Shown: in pieces, positions 1 through 10,028 of the stretch
Layout of the letters: each line of letters begins with the position of its first letter
How positions within the stretch are numbered: position 1 is the stretch's first letter
NCBI GenBank assembly: GCA_038243585.1
Contig: JBBSQY010000003.1
Location: 67,703 to 131,702, forward strand
Reading direction: 5' to 3'
DNA from: Candidatus Sumerlaeales bacterium
Lineage (GTDB): Bacteria > Sumerlaeota > Sumerlaeia > Sumerlaeales > Sumerlaeaceae
DNA length: 64,000 nt
Translations under genes and position numbers: made by a program
The notes under the pieces: model-generated
What the model was told of the DNA's origin: nothing
Databases searched by the model: none
What the model saw: only the letters and a program-made list of their open reading frames with translations

Positions 1-1342
1 CATTGATATACGTGATGCCTGCTTCGATGTCGCGCATGGCGCGAAATGCGGCGTTTATATCGCGGGTATAAAGGGAGCTGCTTAGCCCGTAGACCGTGTC
101 ATTCAGTACGTCAATGGCTTCATCCAGGTCTTTGATTTTTAATACGCTGAGGACCGGGCCAAAGATCTCTTCCTGGGCGATGCGCATTCCTCGTTTTACA
201 CCGGTGAAGATGGTTGGCTCGATAAACCAGCCCCGGGCGTAGTCTCCATCCGTAAGCGCGTTCCCACCCAGGGCCAGGCTGGCGCCGTCCTCATTCTTGC
301 CAATGTTAATGTAATTCATGACGCGGTCGCGCTGAATTTCGTTAATGATTGGGCCCATCTGGATGCCCTTGTGTAGCCCGTTTCCGACCTGGATGCCACG
401 GGCGCGTTCGGCAAGCTGCTCCACAAACTTGTCGTGGATCTTTTCATGCAGAATCAGGCGGGAGGTTGCGGTGCAGCGCTGGCCGGTGGTGCCAAAAGCT
501 CCCCAGAGAGCGCCCTCTACAGCCAACTCGATATCAGCGTCGTCCATAACGATCATGGCATTTTTACCGCCCAGTTCCAAGCTCAGGCGTTTCAGCAAAG
601 CGCCGGCCCGCGAGCCAATTTCTTTGCCTGTGTTGCTGGAGCCTGTGAACGAGACAGCAGGGATGCCGGGGTGGTCGACGATGGCGCGGCCAATATCGGC
701 ACCCTCACCGCAGATCAGATTGATGGCTTTAGGGGGAAGACCCGCTTCCAACAGAATTTCTACAAACTTTACCGCAGTGGCCGGGGTGTCCTGGGCAGGC
801 TTTAAAATAGCGGTATTTCCGCAGATGAGTGCCGGGAAAATTTTCCAGGTTGGAATGGCCATGGGGAAATTCCACGGAGTAATCATACCGCACACGCCGA
901 TTGGCATACGCAGGCTCATTCCGAACTTATTGGGAAGTTCGCACGGTACAGTGTCTCCAAAGAGCCGGCGTCCTTCTCCAGCTGCATAATAGGCGGTGTC
1001 GATACCCTCCTGCACGTCGCCGCGGGTTTCTGAGAGAACCTTGCCCATTTCGCGGGTCATCAGCTGCGCCAGTTCTTCTTTGCGCGATGCCATTATGTCG
1101 CCGGCGCGATGAATGATCTGGGCGCGGCGGGGCGCGGGTACCAGGCGCCATTCACGATACGCCTCTTCCGCTGCTGTCACGGCCTCATCCAGTTCCGGCT
1201 TGCCACCTGCTGGAAATTCTCCAATAACATCGTTTGAATCGGCAGGGTTAATGTTTTTAAAGGAGCCGTCCGAACCGGTATCCACCCATTTGCCTGCGAT
1301 ATAATTTTTATACTTTTCTACGCCAGATGTTGAAGCACTCAT
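1..1342 (-). CDS. Aldehyde dehydrogenase family protein (3' end runs off the window)
   Basis: Manual reverse-strand translation from ATG at 1342 (AAGGA upstream) gives MSASTSGVEKYKNYIAGKW, then ITPWNFPMAI, SFTGS, LELGGKNA, FGTTGQRCT and EEIFGPVL, all ALDH motifs. Not in the ORF track because it is truncated. Confidence 0.93.
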   Translation of the reverse strand, partial: MSASTSGVEKYKNYIAGKWVDTGSDGSFKNINPADSNDVIGEFPAGGKPELDEAVTAAEEAYREWRLVPAPRRAQIIHRAGDIMASRKEELAQLMTREMGKVLSETRGDVQEGIDTAYYAAGEGRRLFGDTVPCELPNKFGMSLRMPIGVCGMITPWNFPMAIPTWKIFPALICGNTAILKPAQDTPATAVKFVEILLEAGLPPKAINLICGEGADIGRAIVDHPGIPAVSFTGSSNTGKEIGSRAGALLKRLSLELGGKNAMIVMDDADIELAVEGALWGAFGTTGQRCTATSRLILHEKIHDKFVEQLAERARGIQVGNGLHKGIQMGPIINEIQRDRVMNYINIGKNEDGASLALGGNALTDGDYARGWFIEPTIFTGVKRGMRIAQEEIFGPVLSVLKIKDLDEAIDVLNDTVYGLSSSLYTRDINAAFRAMRDIEAGITYIN

Positions 1343-1439
1343 TGCGGTTTCCTTTGCTTTGCGTTTGTGCTTTAATACACATGACGCGTTTATGGTAAGT
1401 GCAAGTGGAAGAATAAGATGTTTTTTAATGGAGGATAAG

Positions 1440-1871
1440 ATGGCTGAAAAAATAATTGATCGAATCGCGGCAGATCGCATTGCCGCCATGAAAGCACGTG
1501 ATGCTGAGCGCAAACAAACTCTGGACTACATCCTGGGGGAACTGCAAAAGGCGGAGAAAGCACCTTCGGCAAAGGGAGATACGGCCACTCCGGTGTTAAA
1601 GGCTTATGTAAAAAGCCTAAAGGATTTTATCGCACAACACGGGGAGCAGCGCCCGGTGGAGGCGGCGAGATATCAGAAGGAAATCGATATACTCATGGAT
1701 TATCTGCCGCGTCAATTGTCGGACGAAGAAGTTCGGACGGAAATTTCCGCGATAATGGCGGCGGGTGTAGCGACTAAAGGTCTCGTAATGGCGGAACTGA
1801 AAAAGCGACATGGGGCCGCGCTGGACGGCAGACGTGCGGCAGACATCGCAGGCGAAATGGCTGAAGGGTAA
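1440..1871 (+). CDS. GatB/YqeY domain protein
   Basis: AAMKARD...YLPRQLSDEEV...KGLVMAELK...LDGR pattern of YqeY. GGAGG lies before the ATG at 1440. Confidence 0.8.
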   Translation: MAEKIIDRIAADRIAAMKARDAERKQTLDYILGELQKAEKAPSAKGDTATPVLKAYVKSLKDFIAQHGEQRPVEAARYQKEIDILMDYLPRQLSDEEVRTEISAIMAAGVATKGLVMAELKKRHGAALDGRRAADIAGEMAEG

Positions 1872-1924
1872 GGAGCAGCCGGTATAATATACGAGTACCT
1901 GACCGGATGACTAAGATGCGTTAA

Positions 1925-2755
1925 ATGAGCATTCTGAACAGACACATGATGTTCGCGATAGCGGCGCATGGGGCGTTGGCATTTTTGCTGCTGCTTGCGC
2001 GGGCGCCGGAGCCTGCTTCCGCGGCCAACGCCGGACCAGCCGGGCAATTGTTTTTCCGTCTTGTGCCGCCGCCAGAGGGGAAAGCCACGCAGTTTATGGT
2101 ATCGACAAATCCGACCGCTTTGCCTCCTCAGGGGCAGGATTCACTGCCAGATGGAGAGCTGGCGAAAGGCGGAGACCTGGATATGCCGGCGGAAACAGCA
2201 GAGGCTGAAATATCAGACTCGGAACTCAGCGAAATTCTTGCTAAGGATCGTGAAGCACTTCGAGCGGAACTTAATCAACTGACGAAAATAGCGCTGGCTG
2301 AACCGTTGCCGAAGGTTCCGTTGCCTATGCCGCCGCCGAACGCGGGCAACAACGGAGGCAGCACCCGGGGCCCGGAGGGCGCTGTGCGTGAGCTTGACCT
2401 TGATGGCTACCCTGAGGCCGTGGTGGAAGATATCATGCAGAGATACAAGCTGAAAGTGGTGACGCGACATATCGACGGCGGCGGACGGGGGCAAAATTTC
2501 CTAAGTAGCGCTTCGCGGGGAGAGAACGAGCGATATTTTGGTGGGGGACCAGTCCCGTCAGGGGTTTATGAGATTTTTCAATTGAGCCGCGATAGCGTTG
2601 CTGTAATGAGCAGGCTTGAAGAAGACGCGCTGAAAAAACGTGGAATGGAGCCTCTGAAATCCCGGGTCGTTAAAATTGTGTTTGGCATTGTAAAAGAAGG
2701 AAAAGAGAAATACGTATTGGGTGTGAAATCCTTGGAAGCCGAGGTGGTGGAGTGA
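1925..2755 (+). CDS. Hypothetical membrane-anchored protein (TonB/TolA-like N-terminal anchor, Pro-rich linker)
   Basis: 276-aa ORF with N-terminal hydrophobic helix AIAAHGALAFLLLL and PLPKVPLPMPPP linker. Overlaps the next gene by 4 bp. Confidence 0.6.
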   Translation: MSILNRHMMFAIAAHGALAFLLLLARAPEPASAANAGPAGQLFFRLVPPPEGKATQFMVSTNPTALPPQGQDSLPDGELAKGGDLDMPAETAEAEISDSELSEILAKDREALRAELNQLTKIALAEPLPKVPLPMPPPNAGNNGGSTRGPEGAVRELDLDGYPEAVVEDIMQRYKLKVVTRHIDGGGRGQNFLSSASRGENERYFGGGPVPSGVYEIFQLSRDSVAVMSRLEEDALKKRGMEPLKSRVVKIVFGIVKEGKEKYVLGVKSLEAEVVE

Positions 2756-3273
2756 TGGGAACATACGAAGTACTAATTACTAATAATGGATTTCAGCGAT
2801 TCTTGGCAATGGTCGGGGTTGGAGCTGATATTAATACGCCTGACATGACGGCGACCACATTGTTGGTCATCGGTATATTTCTCCTGATGCTGGAAATTAA
2901 GATAGTGAGCCAGGGGCTGATCGGTTTTCTTGCAAGCCTGTGTCTGATTGCCGCCACGGTAATTATCTGGCGCGATGGATCATCATTCTGGGGCGTGCCG
3001 GTCGTGTGGGTTATTCCCGTTATCGGATTAGTGATGGTGCTTGGAATTAGCCTGTCTGTACTGGGCGTGAAGGCTTATCAGGAGAAAGTTGTGTCTGGGT
3101 ATGAAGGGTATATCGGGGAGGTCGCTGTGGCTTCTGAAGCACTTGGGCTCACAGGGCAGGTTTTTTTTCGGGGAGCATACTGGCAGGCCGAGAGTTCCAC
3201 CCCGGTCGCAAAGGGAGAAAATGTCCGCGTCGTGGCGGCCGAGAAGCTAAAGCTATACGTAGAGCCGGTTTAA
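2752..3273 (+). CDS. NfeD family protein (short form, C-terminal OB fold)
   Basis: Three hydrophobic segments, then SGYEGYIGEVAVA...GQVFFRGAYWQAES...GENVRVV...LYVEP typical of NfeD-C. Confidence 0.85.
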   Translation: MMGTYEVLITNNGFQRFLAMVGVGADINTPDMTATTLLVIGIFLLMLEIKIVSQGLIGFLASLCLIAATVIIWRDGSSFWGVPVVWVIPVIGLVMVLGISLSVLGVKAYQEKVVSGYEGYIGEVAVASEALGLTGQVFFRGAYWQAESSTPVAKGENVRVVAAEKLKLYVEPV

Positions 3274-3422
3274 GACAGATAAATAACAATGGCATGATGC
3301 CGGGGCTACTTCGTGGGCTGGGGCATGAAAAACCGAAAAGCTTTGTAGGCGGTTAGCAATAAGTTAATCACAAAAGCGGAGTTCGCTTTTCAATTTTATA
3401 AAACCGAGGGAATTCGTTACCC

Positions 3423-4643
3423 GTGCAATTTAGTCTTGACCGCTTTTACCGCATAAATCGGCGAGCCCTTATCTGGGTGGCGCTGTTCGGCTTAATATAT
3501 ATTTTGAGGGACTTTTTCGCTCTTATTTTTCTAGCCTTTCTTATCGTTAGCTTCACCCTTCCGCTAATCAATTATCTTAAGCGGGAAACCCGAATTCCCC
3601 GAAAAATGATCATCATATCCCTATATCTGTTTATCTTCGTGGGACTTTGTGGGCTTATTAGTTACGTGGTTCCAAAAGTGAGCACTGAAGCGCTGACTGT
3701 CGTGAACGAACTGTTTTTCCTGCGTGATAAAGTGGATACGGCGCGTTATGATATCGTTGCTCAAAATCCAAATCTCAAACCCGCCATGGCTTTTATCGAT
3801 AAGCTGAACTTTGACTGGCCGGCGTATGTGAAACGGATTCAGGATCAGGGTCAAATCTATTTAAAACAATCAGTCGGTATGGTATTTACAGCTGTAACAA
3901 CTCTTTTTCTTTCCTTGCTCTTTGCATTTCTCGTAGTGCTGGATCTGACGCGCCTTAGGGAAGAAGTGCGTAAACTTGGGCGAAGCCGCCTACATGATTT
4001 TTATGAGCAAAGCGCTGAGCCGGTAGTACGTTTTGCTGCTGTTATTGCAAGGTCTTTTCGGGCGCAGGCAATGATCGCTATATGCAATACGGTTCTTACG
4101 TTAGCGGGGTTTTTAATCTTGGGCCTGCCAAAGGTGGCTCTGCTTTCGATTATCGTGTTCTTCTTCAGCTTCATCCCGGTCCTGGGGGTATTTGTTAGCA
4201 CTGGGCCAGCGGTATTGGTAGCGTTAAATGCCGGCGGATACGTGCTTGGAATCAAGGTTATAGTTTTCATTGTCCTGATTCATATGATCGAAGCTTATAT
4301 TTTAAACCCGCTCATATATGGGCAACACTTAAAGTTGAACCCCGTCGTGGTATTAATCATCCTTTACGTGGGGCATCATTTTTTTGGTGTGTGGGGTATG
4401 TTGTTGGGCGTGCCGGTTGCATACTATTTTATCCATTACGTTTTTCAAGTTCCGGAAGAACCGGTGCGTGTGCCGCTTTCAGAGCCGGAACCACGCGCAA
4501 AGCGCTGGGGTTGGGGGAGGACGCAGTCCTCGCAGTCAAGCGCCGAGGAATCTGCGGGAAATGGCGCGGTTGAAAGTGTAATGCACCAAGTGGATCCAGA
4601 GGTTCCGGTGAAGCCAGTGCCCGGCACCGGCGACATTGCCTAA
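3423..4643 (+). CDS. AI-2E (PerM/UPF0118) family transporter
   Basis: Multi-TM protein with SFIPVLG, IEAYILNPLIYG, LNPVVVL and GVWGMLLGVP motifs. Confidence 0.9.
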   Translation: MQFSLDRFYRINRRALIWVALFGLIYILRDFFALIFLAFLIVSFTLPLINYLKRETRIPRKMIIISLYLFIFVGLCGLISYVVPKVSTEALTVVNELFFLRDKVDTARYDIVAQNPNLKPAMAFIDKLNFDWPAYVKRIQDQGQIYLKQSVGMVFTAVTTLFLSLLFAFLVVLDLTRLREEVRKLGRSRLHDFYEQSAEPVVRFAAVIARSFRAQAMIAICNTVLTLAGFLILGLPKVALLSIIVFFFSFIPVLGVFVSTGPAVLVALNAGGYVLGIKVIVFIVLIHMIEAYILNPLIYGQHLKLNPVVVLIILYVGHHFFGVWGMLLGVPVAYYFIHYVFQVPEEPVRVPLSEPEPRAKRWGWGRTQSSQSSAEESAGNGAVESVMHQVDPEVPVKPVPGTGDIA

Positions 4644-4859
4644 TCCGCCCTGCGACAGAATGACGCGCAAACTTAACTTTCAATGACCGAAATGTCGGAC
4701 TTCGGCTGGTTTACCTAAAGTTGACAATACTTATATTATGAGCGAGTTGTTGATTTTAATAGGGTTCCAAACGAACTGCTTTAAATAAAGCTTATGGCAT
4801 ATCCTTCGCCTGATACTCTTGCGGATTAACAGTCCGAAAGAATGTTGATGGAGTGATTT

Positions 4860-6365
4860 ATGATAAAACACACTAACTCTTTAGCGGCAATTGTTGCATT
4901 CTCAATGACAATGGGATCAGCATGGGCTCAGCCCGCTGCCGCGCCACAAACAACCGGCACTTCACAGTTGGCCCCACCGCCACCTGACCAGGTGCTCACG
5001 AGATACACGTTTCGCAATGTCGCGAAAAAAGTGACGCCTTCCGTCGTTAATATTAAAATTAAAAGCAACATCGTTATGGGTCGCAACAGTCAAATACCTC
5101 CGGGGTACGGACTGGATAAAGAGATGCGAGAGTATCTCGAACGGCTTTTCGAAAGTGAGAGTTGGAACAAGAACCCCGGGTATGGCGAAGATTATAAGTA
5201 TGCTCGTTCTGGCAGTGGCGTCCTAATTCGTGAGGACGGCTATATCGTGACCAGCATGCACGTAGTCGATAATGTTGAGGGGGAAGACATTGAAATTTCG
5301 CTATCGGACGGTCGCAAATTCACTAATATTGAAATCGTGGGAACAGACAAACTGACCGATCTTGCCGTGATTAAAATTAACGACGCTGCCACTTCTGCGT
5401 TGCCCCATCTAGAGTGGGCCAATAGCGATTTGATGGAGGTCGGAGATCACGTGATTGCTGTCGGAAATCCGTTAGACTTTACAAACAGCGTTTCCGAGGG
5501 AATAGTAAGTGCCAAACACCGGACCATTAACAAAGCCGCTATCGAGGATCTGTTGCAGACCACCGCGATGATCAATCCTGGAAACTCTGGCGGTGCACTG
5601 GTGGATTTAGACGGTAATCTGGCAGGTATTAACATGGCCATCGCCACAAGTACCGGTATGTGGAGCGGCTTGGGTTTTGCGATTCCCAGCAAGTCCGCCA
5701 AAGTGGTTACCGAGCAAATCATGAACAAGGGCAAAGCGCTGCGCGGTTACCTTGGCATTCAAATGGATGAGCTGAAAATCGGGCTTGCCAAACAACTTGG
5801 TTATGACCAGGATTATGGTATTGCTGTGGTCGATGTGACAGCAGGTACAGCAGCCGAAAAGGCCGGCATTCAGAATTACGATATTATTGCCAGCGTGAAC
5901 GGCACGAAGATAAAAAACCTCTTCGATATGCATCGAAACATTGGAAATGTGCCAGCAGGCACCTCTGTAGAGCTGGAGATTTGGCGCGATGACGGCGACG
6001 GAAAACTGAAACAGATAAAAGTGCCGGTAGTTCTGGGGGAACGGCCTGACGATCAGTCTCTGCAAAGTAGCAATCCCGCCAAACGTCCGGAGTTGCCAGG
6101 CACCAGTCCAGACGACAAGCTCCTCGGAATGAAGCTGGAGCCGGGGCCTAACAATTCGGGCCTGCTGGTTAAAGATGTCAGCCCGAAATCCCCAGTGGAA
6201 GAAGCGGACATTAAAGTTGGTGACGTGATCCTCCAGGTTAACCGCAAGCCTGTTTCGTCTGTGGAAGAGTTTAAAGAGGCGCTGAAGAGCAGTAACACGG
6301 GAAGCCACATGCTTTATATTGAACGTAACGGAACTGCAATGCTGCAGATGGTTCCCGGCGACTAA
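4860..6365 (+). CDS. htrA: HtrA/DegP-type periplasmic serine protease with two PDZ domains
   Basis: Signal peptide (AWA), GSGV, triad His (TSMHVV), Asp (TDLAVIK) and Ser (INPGNSGG), GLGFAIP, and two PDZ-like segments (RGYLGI; KVGDVILQVN). Confidence 0.93.
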   Translation: MIKHTNSLAAIVAFSMTMGSAWAQPAAAPQTTGTSQLAPPPPDQVLTRYTFRNVAKKVTPSVVNIKIKSNIVMGRNSQIPPGYGLDKEMREYLERLFESESWNKNPGYGEDYKYARSGSGVLIREDGYIVTSMHVVDNVEGEDIEISLSDGRKFTNIEIVGTDKLTDLAVIKINDAATSALPHLEWANSDLMEVGDHVIAVGNPLDFTNSVSEGIVSAKHRTINKAAIEDLLQTTAMINPGNSGGALVDLDGNLAGINMAIATSTGMWSGLGFAIPSKSAKVVTEQIMNKGKALRGYLGIQMDELKIGLAKQLGYDQDYGIAVVDVTAGTAAEKAGIQNYDIIASVNGTKIKNLFDMHRNIGNVPAGTSVELEIWRDDGDGKLKQIKVPVVLGERPDDQSLQSSNPAKRPELPGTSPDDKLLGMKLEPGPNNSGLLVKDVSPKSPVEEADIKVGDVILQVNRKPVSSVEEFKEALKSSNTGSHMLYIERNGTAMLQMVPGD

Positions 6366-6588
6366 ATAACAGAAATTCCTTTTGGTTCCCGGCGGCGGTG
6401 ACAATACTGTTCCCCCGGCAGGTTTCCGTCGCCGGCGAGCCAAAGCATTAATCTACAGGGCTTTTGACTGAAAACAATAGAAATTGAATCTTGCGTGGAC
6501 TATTTCCGGACGTACCGATCTTTAAATTGTAGGCCATGCGGCTTTAAACCGAGTATGACTTGACGGTGAAGGGTAGAGAAAACAACCA

Positions 6589-7626
6589 ATGAATTCTGAA
6601 CTTGATAATCTTTCAGCGCAGATACGCGAAGCCAGCACTTTTGTCGACAGGATAACATCCGAGGTCGGTAAAGTGATCGTAGGTCAGCGTTACATGATCG
6701 ATCGCCTGTTGATCGGCCTGTTGTCCAACGGCCATGTATTGCTGGAGGGCGTGCCAGGACTGGCAAAAACCTTGGCAGTTAAAACTTTGAGCCAGGCCAT
6801 TAGTGCCGACTTTCAGCGAATACAGTTTACGCCTGACCTACTACCGGCCGATCTTGTCGGTACGCTGATTTTTAATCAGAAGGAAGGGACGTTTGAGCCC
6901 CGCCGCGGCCCTGTGTTTACGAACCTTGTGCTGGCCGACGAACTGAACCGCGCGCCGGCCAAAGTGCAGAGCGCATTGCTTGAGTGTATGCAGGAGCACC
7001 AGGTAACCATTGGCGACACCACTTACCCGCTGCCGGAACCATTTCTCGTGCTGGCTACGATGAACCCCATCGAACAGGAAGGCACCTACGCCCTCCCCGA
7101 GGCACAGGTTGATCGGTTCATGTTGAAATTGAAGGTTACCTACCCTTCTAAAAAAGAAGAACGTGCGATACTCGATCGCATGACCGATCCTCAGTTACCT
7201 GCGGCCGAGTCAGCAGACGCCGTTACTTCCAGTGAGGTTGGAGACAGTTTTGGAGTCCGTCCTGTGGCTACGACTGCGGACATTATGACAGCGCGCCATC
7301 TGGCAAAGCAGATTTATATCGACGAAAAAGTAAAAAATTATATTCTGGATATTGTTATCGCTACGCGCCGCCCGGAAGAATACAAAATTGATGTTGGGCA
7401 GTATATTGAATACGGGGCAAGCCCTCGCGCGACCATTAGTCTGGCGCTGGCGGCAAAGGCATATGCGTTCCTCCGTCATCGGGCTCACGTAACCCCGGAT
7501 GACATTAAAACAATTGGAATGGACGTATTGCGTCACCGGGTCATTACAACTTATGAAGCGGAAGCCGAAGAGATTTCCAGCGAGGATATCATAAAGAAAA
7601 TCTTTGATGAGGTGCCGGTGCCCTGA
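6589..7626 (+). CDS. moxR: MoxR family AAA+ ATPase
   Basis: GHVLLEGVPGLAKT (Walker A), RIQFTPDLLPAD, LADELNRAPAKVQSALLE, NPIEQEGTYALPEAQVDRF, GASPRA. Confidence 0.96.
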   Translation: MNSELDNLSAQIREASTFVDRITSEVGKVIVGQRYMIDRLLIGLLSNGHVLLEGVPGLAKTLAVKTLSQAISADFQRIQFTPDLLPADLVGTLIFNQKEGTFEPRRGPVFTNLVLADELNRAPAKVQSALLECMQEHQVTIGDTTYPLPEPFLVLATMNPIEQEGTYALPEAQVDRFMLKLKVTYPSKKEERAILDRMTDPQLPAAESADAVTSSEVGDSFGVRPVATTADIMTARHLAKQIYIDEKVKNYILDIVIATRRPEEYKIDVGQYIEYGASPRATISLALAAKAYAFLRHRAHVTPDDIKTIGMDVLRHRVITTYEAEAEEISSEDIIKKIFDEVPVP

Positions 7627-7681
7627 TGCGGCTTGTTAGCGCGGGCAATGCATGGGCTCATGCCTGGAAAGTCATCGACCA

Positions 7682-8560
7682 ATGATCCCAAATGAAATCT
7701 TGGCGAAAGTTCGCCAAATCGAGATATACACCGATCGGCTTGTCAACGATGTGATGGCGGGGAGCTATCACAGCACCTTCAAAGGGCGTGGCATGGAGTT
7801 CGAGGATGTGCGCGAGTACAATCCGGGAGACGACGTAAGAGCTATCGATTGGAACGTAACTGCTCGCACCGGAACGCCCTTCATTAAGCGATTTCGCGAA
7901 GAGCGGGAGCTAACAGTGATGCTGATGGTGGATCTGAGCGGAAGTACCGATTTCGGAACCGTGGACCAGACCAAGGGAGAAATGGCGGCGGAGATGTGCG
8001 CACTGCTGGCGTTTAGCGCTTTGAAAAACAACGACCGGGTTGGGCTTCTCATTTTTACGGATCGCATTGAAAAATTTATCCCGCCCAAAAAGGGCAAGAA
8101 TCACGGTCTGAGAGTAGTGCGTGAAATCCTTTTCCACAAGCCTATGCACCGGGGCACAAGCATACCAGTGGCAGTCGAACATGTTATGAAAGTATTGAAG
8201 CGCAAAAGTGTTGTGTTTCTAATCAGCGATTTTTTGCCTTCCGCCGGCCTGCGGAGACCGCTGTCCACTCTTAACAATCGGCATGACCTGATCGCTATCA
8301 GGATTAGCGATCCTCGGGAGCGTGAGATGCCGGCTATGGGGCTGGTGCAGTTCCATGATCCAGAGACCGGACAAGTTCTTTTTGTTGATACATGGAAAGC
8401 GGACTTTCGCAACAAGTACGCAGAGGTAACCGAGCGGGTCAGTAAAGAGATTTTACACCTTTTCAAGCAATTGAAAATCGACAGCATGGATGTGCAGACA
8501 GGCCGTCCGTACATTGAAGCAATGGTTCAGTTATTTAAACGGAGAGCGCTAAGGCAATAA
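7682..8560 (+). CDS. DUF58 / vWA-like protein
   Basis: GRGMEFEDVREYNPGDDVRAIDWNVTAR, DLSGS and ISDF motifs. Sits in the usual position after moxR. Confidence 0.93.
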   Translation: MIPNEILAKVRQIEIYTDRLVNDVMAGSYHSTFKGRGMEFEDVREYNPGDDVRAIDWNVTARTGTPFIKRFREERELTVMLMVDLSGSTDFGTVDQTKGEMAAEMCALLAFSALKNNDRVGLLIFTDRIEKFIPPKKGKNHGLRVVREILFHKPMHRGTSIPVAVEHVMKVLKRKSVVFLISDFLPSAGLRRPLSTLNNRHDLIAIRISDPREREMPAMGLVQFHDPETGQVLFVDTWKADFRNKYAEVTERVSKEILHLFKQLKIDSMDVQTGRPYIEAMVQLFKRRALRQ

Positions 8561-8561
8561 T

Positions 8562-10028
8562 ATGAAACGTCGACTTCGCCAACACCCACAGCATCACCCA
8601 TCGCACAACGAACAGGACGGCAGGCGGAATCGCCGTATGCCTTACGGGCTTATCTGGCTGGTCCTCACAGTGCTCGTTCTGGTGCTGGTCATTGTTTATG
8701 ACCGGCGATCCATTGACCAGGCTAAAGGTCATATTGAGACCGGTCATGAACTGGAAACTACGGGACTCTACATCGAAGCGCTGAACGAGTATGAGCAGGC
8801 CTTCGAAAATAAGCGCCTCGGCCGAAAAGCCAAAGGCGACGTAGCGCTGGCAATGGCAAACATCTATTATGAGTACTTGGAAGACTATCCGACGGCAAAT
8901 AGATATTACGTTCAGGCTCGTCAGATTTCACCTTCAACAATGAACGCGGAGGATGTGCAGGAGCGCGCCAGGAACGCCGCCGTCCGAGCTAAAGGATCCG
9001 GCGTTTTTAAAGCCAAACCCACAAGTAACAACGGTGTCACAACAAAGACGATTATCCAACGGGTTGATCTGTTGCAGGCACCCCAGGCTGACTTGCAGGG
9101 ACCTGTAGTAGCTACCTACAATGGTGGCGAAATTCGAGCAGGCCACCTGCTGCGCGCGTTAGAAAAACGCCCTGAATTTTTGCGTCCGGATTTTCGCGAG
9201 AGTCCTGAAAAGCTTGAGAGTTTTCTGAATGGCATCGTGCGTGAAACGATGGCCTACGAGGCGGCGGTAAAAACCGGAGTCCATAAGGATCCCGATGTGA
9301 CCTCCCGTCTGTACGATTATCAAAAGTCGCTGGTGACCCAGCGTTACCTGGTGGATCGCCGCGAAGAGGCTATGGTAGTGGATAACGCCGACGTGGAAAA
9401 GTATTACCGTGAGCATTTAAACGATTATGTGAAGCCTGGCCAGATCAACGTATCTGTTATAAAGTCGGACTCTGAAACTTCGGCGGCGGAAATTCTGCAG
9501 ATGCTCAGGACGGGCCAGCGTTTTGAGGAAGTAGCCACGAGCTTCTCCATCGAGCAGACTTCCGCGGCTCGCGGCGGAGACATCGGAACGATAACGGAAA
9601 AAGACACGTCGGTTAGTGGAGTCGGTGAAGTGCCGCGGGTCGTCGAAGCCTTGTTTAAGTTACCTGTATATTCCGTGTCCGAAGTGACGCCGGTCGGCGA
9701 TTCCTATTATATCTTTCGGATCAGCAGTGTGGTGCCTGCTCTTAACATCACGCTGGACGAGGCACGAGGTAAAATAGAAAACATCCTCCGTGGACGCGCA
9801 GTGGATCAGGCTCGTTCAGGACTGGATGAGGACATGAAAAAAGTCTTCGACCCACAAGTGAACGAGGAAGGTCTTGAACGGTTTTGGGATTTTGCGAGGC
9901 AAACCCACAGCCTTAATGACGACTCAACCACGGCTTCATCCACAGCGACCGAGTCGTCGTCCGATGCGGATACGACCACTGTAAGCGTAACCGACTTTAG
10001 TTCATCCGGGAGCGCCACTGTTCATTGA
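8562..10028 (+). CDS. Membrane-anchored TPR + SurA/PrsA-like parvulin (PpiC) foldase
   Basis: N-terminal TM, two TPR-like helical pairs, GPVVATYNGGEI, VEKYYREHLNDY, FEEVATSFSIEQTSAARGGDIG, LDEARGKIENIL. Confidence 0.8.
   Translation: MKRRLRQHPQHHPSHNEQDGRRNRRMPYGLIWLVLTVLVLVLVIVYDRRSIDQAKGHIETGHELETTGLYIEALNEYEQAFENKRLGRKAKGDVALAMANIYYEYLEDYPTANRYYVQARQISPSTMNAEDVQERARNAAVRAKGSGVFKAKPTSNNGVTTKTIIQRVDLLQAPQADLQGPVVATYNGGEIRAGHLLRALEKRPEFLRPDFRESPEKLESFLNGIVRETMAYEAAVKTGVHKDPDVTSRLYDYQKSLVTQRYLVDRREEAMVVDNADVEKYYREHLNDYVKPGQINVSVIKSDSETSAAEILQMLRTGQRFEEVATSFSIEQTSAARGGDIGTITEKDTSVSGVGEVPRVVEALFKLPVYSVSEVTPVGDSYYIFRISSVVPALNITLDEARGKIENILRGRAVDQARSGLDEDMKKVFDPQVNEEGLERFWDFARQTHSLNDDSTTASSTATESSSDADTTTVSVTDFSSSGSATVH

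Noticed and set aside
345..1304. Plus-strand ORFs of 63-214 aa
   Set aside because: They are antisense shadows of the minus-strand aldehyde dehydrogenase.
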